From: a virus
Taxonomy: Duplodnaviria > Caudoviricetes
Virus record (IMG/VR): IMGVR_UViG_3300027863_001435
Coordinates: 1-27,225 of that record
DNA length: 27,225 nucleotides
Reading direction: 5' to 3' (one strand)
Part shown: positions 23,449-27,225 of the stretch, one piece after another
Position numbering within the stretch: position 1 is the first letter of the stretch
Layout of the letters: the number at the start of each line of letters is the position of its first letter
Notes under the pieces: generated by a model
Told to the model about the DNA's origin: nothing
The model's database searches: none
What the model saw: the letters and a program-made list of their open reading frames with translations, nothing else
Translations under genes and position numbers: made by a program

Positions 23449-24250
23449 CTTCCTCCTCCTTTCTGCCGAAGACATCAACCACGGCGGGATTGCTTAAGAG
23501 CTCGATGAATTCCTTTTCGCTCATGCCTGTACGAGCAAGGTACTCTTGCTCCTCAGGGAGTATAGGGAACTCTGCCTGCTCTGCCCTTTGCGGCCCGCCT
23601 AAGGTTGCGCCTTGGGCTACTCGTCTTTGCCGTTCCTCCTCCGCCTGCTGGGAAGGGACACGGCCTGTCTTCAGTATTTTGTTGTATCTCGCGGCATTAA
23701 CCGCGGTTTCGAAGTACTTCGGGTTACGTGCGAGGCAATCTGCTACGTCACGAAACCCTTGCGCCTTGACCATCGCTTCTACCTCAGCACCCACTTCAGC
23801 CCAATCGGGCACCTCCCGGGGCAGGATGCGTTTTGTTATCTCCTGCAGTTGCGGTGTTACTGTTTGGCCGACGAGTTGGACTGCTAGCATAGCGGCGTTT
23901 CTTGCCGCCTCGTCGGCCATTCTTTTCGCTTCCGCCTTGGTGAGGTACTCGAAGGCGTCTTCGTCGCTCTCTGCGGAAGGTGCAGAGGCGCCTGTTGTCG
24001 GAAACTGCGGTTGATTATACCATCCGTAGTCATACGGATAGGTTTGTTCCGAGGTGCCTGCAACCTGATTCTGGAACTCCCGCAGTTGCTCCTCGATAGC
24101 CTTTACCCTTCCCTCCCAAGTACGGTTTGCATGTTCTAATTTCTCCCGCTCCTGGGCAAGGAGTGCTTCTACTTCCTCTTTGGTATAGCTATCCTTCTCT
24201 TCTAGGTTCTCCGTCGGTTCCGAATCCGAGTTCTGATTCAAGTCCATCAA
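23429..24250 (-). CDS. Capsid scaffolding protein
   Basis: Acidic N-terminus, YTKEEVEALLAQERE coiled coil and C-terminal helix pair EEQEYLARTGMSEKEFI; lies between portal and capsid. Confidence 0.8.
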   Translation of the reverse strand: MMDLNQNSDSEPTENLEEKDSYTKEEVEALLAQEREKLEHANRTWEGRVKAIEEQLREFQNQVAGTSEQTYPYDYGWYNQPQFPTTGASAPSAESDEDAFEYLTKAEAKRMADEAARNAAMLAVQLVGQTVTPQLQEITKRILPREVPDWAEVGAEVEAMVKAQGFRDVADCLARNPKYFETAVNAARYNKILKTGRVPSQQAEEERQRRVAQGATLGGPQRAEQAEFPILPEEQEYLARTGMSEKEFIELLSNPAVVDVFGRKEEEDASKKK

Positions 24251-24545
24251 TTTTTTCGCCTCCCTCTACCATTATTCTAGGAAGTTCCGCAAAATAGTGC
24301 GAGATTTCAAAAAGTCTCTGCACACTAAGCATGCGGCTTCCAAATTGTTCGATATTCTCCTCGGGAGCAGGTGGAGTCCACAAGGCATCTGCTGCTATCC
24401 CGTAGGAGATGTTGAGCAATTCAGAAACCAGCACCTTCCATCCTGGGTGCTCCTCCAAGCTCCTCAGGTGTTTCTTCGCCGCCTCCGAAATTTCCCTCGG
24501 CTGGAGGAGTGCCTGGAACAGGTCTGCCTTCGGGTGCAACTTCAA
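24189..24545 (-). CDS. Small helical protein downstream of portal, overlapping both neighbours
   Basis: In-frame TTG at 24545 with GGAGAGGA 8 nt upstream; LRSLEEHPGWKVLVSELL...LFEISHYFAELPRIMVE resembles the small post-portal proteins of podoviruses. The ORF track start is 24644. Confidence 0.65.
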   Translation of the reverse strand: MKLHPKADLFQALLQPREISEAAKKHLRSLEEHPGWKVLVSELLNISYGIAADALWTPPAPEENIEQFGSRMLSVQRLFEISHYFAELPRIMVEGGEKIDGLESELGFGTDGEPRREG

Positions 24546-26430
24546 ACGGCCGTTCCTCTCCGGCCGGGAAGGCTGGCGGGGCTTGACTTTGCTTTGTCTG
24601 CTGTGCGATGGCCATCGCAATCTGTGGATTAATCGCTGCAACAATTCTCATCGCCTCCTCAGATGTTTGCGGCATGGCGCCTATCTTTAGGTCGACATGC
24701 CTATCTCCCATTGCAGTTAGCACATCCCTTTGAGCACGCCACAATCTCTGCGCCTTCTCCAAGGCGCTTTCAGGTGTATCGAGCGGACTAAACTGCATAA
24801 ATGGGGAACGTAGTATCTCATCCTTTGTAGCCAGCGCTCTTCGCAACCTTACTTCGGGGTTGCTAGCGCCAGTTGTCCCTTTCGGGATGAAATTATATCG
24901 TCCATGAACAACAAACGGCTGGATCACCGTCCAGCGTGATTCGCCTTCCTTTGCCGCAGGGTAGACCACTGGTCTTCGTGGCAGGAAGTTGCGAATGATT
25001 TCAATGAGGCTTCTTGCGTATCCTTCGAGGCCGCCCCACTCCTCAATGCCATGTTGTAGGCGGCTTACCATGCGGTCGAACCTCCTTGAGCCTGCTTCAA
25101 TTACTGCGGAGATTTCGAATGCGGTTCGCCGCTCCTCGATTTGCCTGCCTACGGTGAGGTCGGACACACCCACTGCCCGCTCTGCCATCTGTCGGACGAG
25201 TTCAATCATGCCCATGGCGGACTGGACGGTACCCATGAGAGCAGGTCCCACGGTTATTGGCCTTATTGAGCCACTAACTGCGGTAGGCCATCTCTCCATT
25301 GGTCCCCACTTGATATTCTGAGCCATCCTCATGCCAACGGGAACTTCCATTGGCGGAAGTAACGATATGGTTACTGCGTCTGTCGATTGGTTAAAGGTAG
25401 CGTTCATCCAGTGTTGGAGGCCTGAGAGTGTCTCTACGATGCTCTTCCCCCAAATTGTTCTTGGTCTTGGGTCAGGGATAAGCGGGATAAATATCTCAGC
25501 GTCGCCATAGATTGAAGCGTAGTCACCGACAGAGAGGACTGTGCAGGCAGGTGATTCCTCAGGATCCATAGCCACAAGGACGAGCAATCTTTTCTCCCTT
25601 TTACCCTTTGGTGGTTTCCAACGGATATAACCTTCAAGAACGGGAATGCGGGCGTGCCAAATGTTCTTAGGCTGAACCTGGTCAACACCACGTTGGCTTA
25701 CCACCTGGTCTTCTTTCCCTTGTGTGTATCTATTCTCGAGTTTCTCAATTGCCCGTTTGAGGAATCTTCCTTCCTCAACTCCTTGAACGATATCGTCCCA
25801 GCGGAGTTCAAGTCGGGCAAAGACGCCTTGCGCCTGAGCGATGCTTGGCGTATCCGCAGGAATTACCACCATGTTCTCAGTAGTAACGTAGTCGACAGTA
25901 GGAACGACATCGAGGTCTGCTATTACTACAGGCTCGGGACCTAGGGGAACAGTTGGCTTTCCCGTTCGCCTCACTCCAGGTCTCAGCCACGATTGGCCCG
26001 TGATTAGTGCGTCCTTTATGGCCATAGAGGCTTTGGTACGCAATTTCATGTAGTTATGCCAAAACTCGAGGTAATTCTCGAGTTGATTGGCGTAGTCATC
26101 GAAGGTTGGATCGACACTTTCCACCTCGAATATGGGCTCTGCGCCGAACATGGCGGCATCAAGGTTATCTGTAGCGGCGTCCACCATGTACTGAGTGATA
26201 GGCACATTCATGTTGCTCATCCAAGGGAGCCGTTTTGGGGTGAGTTCGCCTTCGTATTGACTCCGATATCTGGAGACCTTCTCTCTCAAGGTATCGAGTT
26301 GGCCGTAGGCGGAATAAATCATCTCGCCCAGGTCATGTTCCAAGGCGGAGATATCCTCCTCAGAGAGGCGTTCCATCTCTGCAAACTCTGAGAGTGTAGG
26401 TGTTTGGATGGGTTCATCCTGTATTTCCAT
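24421..26430 (-). CDS. Portal protein
   Basis: 669 aa; 'IKDALITGQSWL', 'PRTIWGKSIVETLSGLQHWMN', 'AERAVGVSDLTVG...RTAFEI' and a Pro/Glu-rich tail; first gene of the head module. Confidence 0.9.
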   Translation of the reverse strand: MEIQDEPIQTPTLSEFAEMERLSEEDISALEHDLGEMIYSAYGQLDTLREKVSRYRSQYEGELTPKRLPWMSNMNVPITQYMVDAATDNLDAAMFGAEPIFEVESVDPTFDDYANQLENYLEFWHNYMKLRTKASMAIKDALITGQSWLRPGVRRTGKPTVPLGPEPVVIADLDVVPTVDYVTTENMVVIPADTPSIAQAQGVFARLELRWDDIVQGVEEGRFLKRAIEKLENRYTQGKEDQVVSQRGVDQVQPKNIWHARIPVLEGYIRWKPPKGKREKRLLVLVAMDPEESPACTVLSVGDYASIYGDAEIFIPLIPDPRPRTIWGKSIVETLSGLQHWMNATFNQSTDAVTISLLPPMEVPVGMRMAQNIKWGPMERWPTAVSGSIRPITVGPALMGTVQSAMGMIELVRQMAERAVGVSDLTVGRQIEERRTAFEISAVIEAGSRRFDRMVSRLQHGIEEWGGLEGYARSLIEIIRNFLPRRPVVYPAAKEGESRWTVIQPFVVHGRYNFIPKGTTGASNPEVRLRRALATKDEILRSPFMQFSPLDTPESALEKAQRLWRAQRDVLTAMGDRHVDLKIGAMPQTSEEAMRIVAAINPQIAMAIAQQTKQSQAPPAFPAGEERPFEVAPEGRPVPGTPPAEGNFGGGEETPEELGGAPRMEGAGF

Positions 26431-26704
26431 TTTGAATCACTCCTAGGACATCGTCTATTCTGACGAAACTCACTGTCTTTCGGCCTAGCTCTAGGTCGAT
26501 TGCCCGTGAGCGTCTATAGACGACTCTATCGCCTTTGGAGAAGCCAGCGCCATCCTTGACAGCGAGGACCCGTCCGATAGGTTGGCCGTATCGGTAACGT
26601 TCTGGACGCAAGATACCGCCTTCCTCTGCTGGCAACTCCTCAGGCAAAATGACGCAAAGGTCTCCTCTTGGTTTTATCCTGTTCTCTCCTTGTAATCGTC
26701 CCAT
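26414..26704 (-). CDS. groES: GroES/Cpn10-like co-chaperonin
   Basis: IKPRGDLCVI...EEGGILRP...GRVLAV...GDRVVY...VRIDDVLGVI follows the GroES consensus (KPLGDRV, GGI.LP, G.V.AVG, GD.V, DILA). Confidence 0.8.
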   Translation of the reverse strand: MGRLQGENRIKPRGDLCVILPEELPAEEGGILRPERYRYGQPIGRVLAVKDGAGFSKGDRVVYRRSRAIDLELGRKTVSFVRIDDVLGVIQNGNTG

Positions 26705-26901
26705 AATCTTTTCTTTGGCCTCTCGAATCTCCTTGTGTTAAACGAGCGCGGAAGAGCGAAGGTTACGCCGTTTGGCGCAAACGTCTTCTCCATTATTCCG
26801 CCGCAGGGGCAAGGATAGTTCCCTGCTTTATCAATTTCTGACGCCCTTATTATTTTTTCCTCCGTCTTTGCGCATCGGTTGCATCTATACTCATAAATCA
26901 T
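26674..26901 (-). CDS. FmdB-family zinc-ribbon protein
   Basis: MIYEYRCNRC...CPCGGIMEK matches the FmdB pattern. Confidence 0.8.
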   Translation of the reverse strand: MIYEYRCNRCAKTEEKIIRASEIDKAGNYPCPCGGIMEKTFAPNGVTFALPRSFNTRRFERPKKRLWDDYKERTG

Positions 26902-27179
26902 AGTCTGCCTCCGAGTATTTCGCCTAATGCTCTGAGCCTTTTTCTCACACTTGAGGGGGATATACCCAGGTTTTCGCCAATCTCTTTTATATCCAAGCCG
27001 TCACGCATTAGGAGGAGGATGGGAAGTGCTCGTTCTGCGGTCTTCCCGGTAGTAAGCCGTGTTTCAGCGATGAGAACGTCAAAGATGGAGTTGCCGTCTT
27101 TGTGCACTTCCTCAATAATTGGGACGGTTATCACTTCCTTTGCCAACCTCTTTTTAAGATTTGAGAGTTTATTTTGCAC
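26898..27179 (-). CDS. HTH DNA-binding protein (LuxR / sigma70 region 4-like)
   Basis: ILLLMRDGLDIKEIGENLGISPSSVRKRLR; start codon uncertain. Confidence 0.75.
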   Translation of the reverse strand: MQNKLSNLKKRLAKEVITVPIIEEVHKDGNSIFDVLIAETRLTTGKTAERALPILLLMRDGLDIKEIGENLGISPSSVRKRLRALGEILGGRL

Positions 27180-27225
27180 TACTCTTGCGCCGAAGGTTGA
27201 GAATTTTGTTCCTCTTCGTTTGTCG

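Larger units (their letters stand above)
1..27225 (-). mobile_element. Podovirus-like phage or prophage late region
   Basis: Contiguous order of portal, scaffold, capsid, adaptor, nozzle, ejection proteins and lysis genes; no host housekeeping genes; no tape measure or sheath. Confidence 0.92.

Noticed and set aside
1-27225. CRISPR array, integrase/att site, intron or intein, stop-codon reassignment
   Set aside because: No regularly spaced repeats, recombinase or splicing motifs seen; genes are full length in the standard code and end in TAA, TAG and TGA.

Overview
This window is the late (morphogenesis and lysis) region of a podovirus-like tailed phage or prophage, with every credible gene on the minus strand. 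From right to left: an HTH protein, an FmdB-like zinc ribbon, a GroES-like co-chaperonin, portal, a small overlapping ORF, scaffold, a conserved head-module protein, a ~165-nt GC-rich structured non-coding element, capsid decoration protein, Mu gpT-like major capsid protein, a second structured intergenic element, FluMu gp35-like protein, two accessory virion proteins, adaptor, nozzle, three ejection proteins (the last a 2666-aa polyvalent-type protein), holin-like proteins, a putative glycoside hydrolase and an M15 peptidase endolysin. A sigma70-type promoter with a palindromic operator then starts a new transcription unit that runs off the left edge. The most unusual signals are: (1) a circularly permuted PHP metallo-phosphoesterase with all nine canonical metal-ligand positions, fused to a putative virion-anchoring domain; (2) two structured RNA elements bracketing the capsid genes; (3) a beta-rich cassette shared by two virion proteins and apparently nested within itself in the adaptor. 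All family assignments come from reading motifs and gene order by eye; no searches were run.
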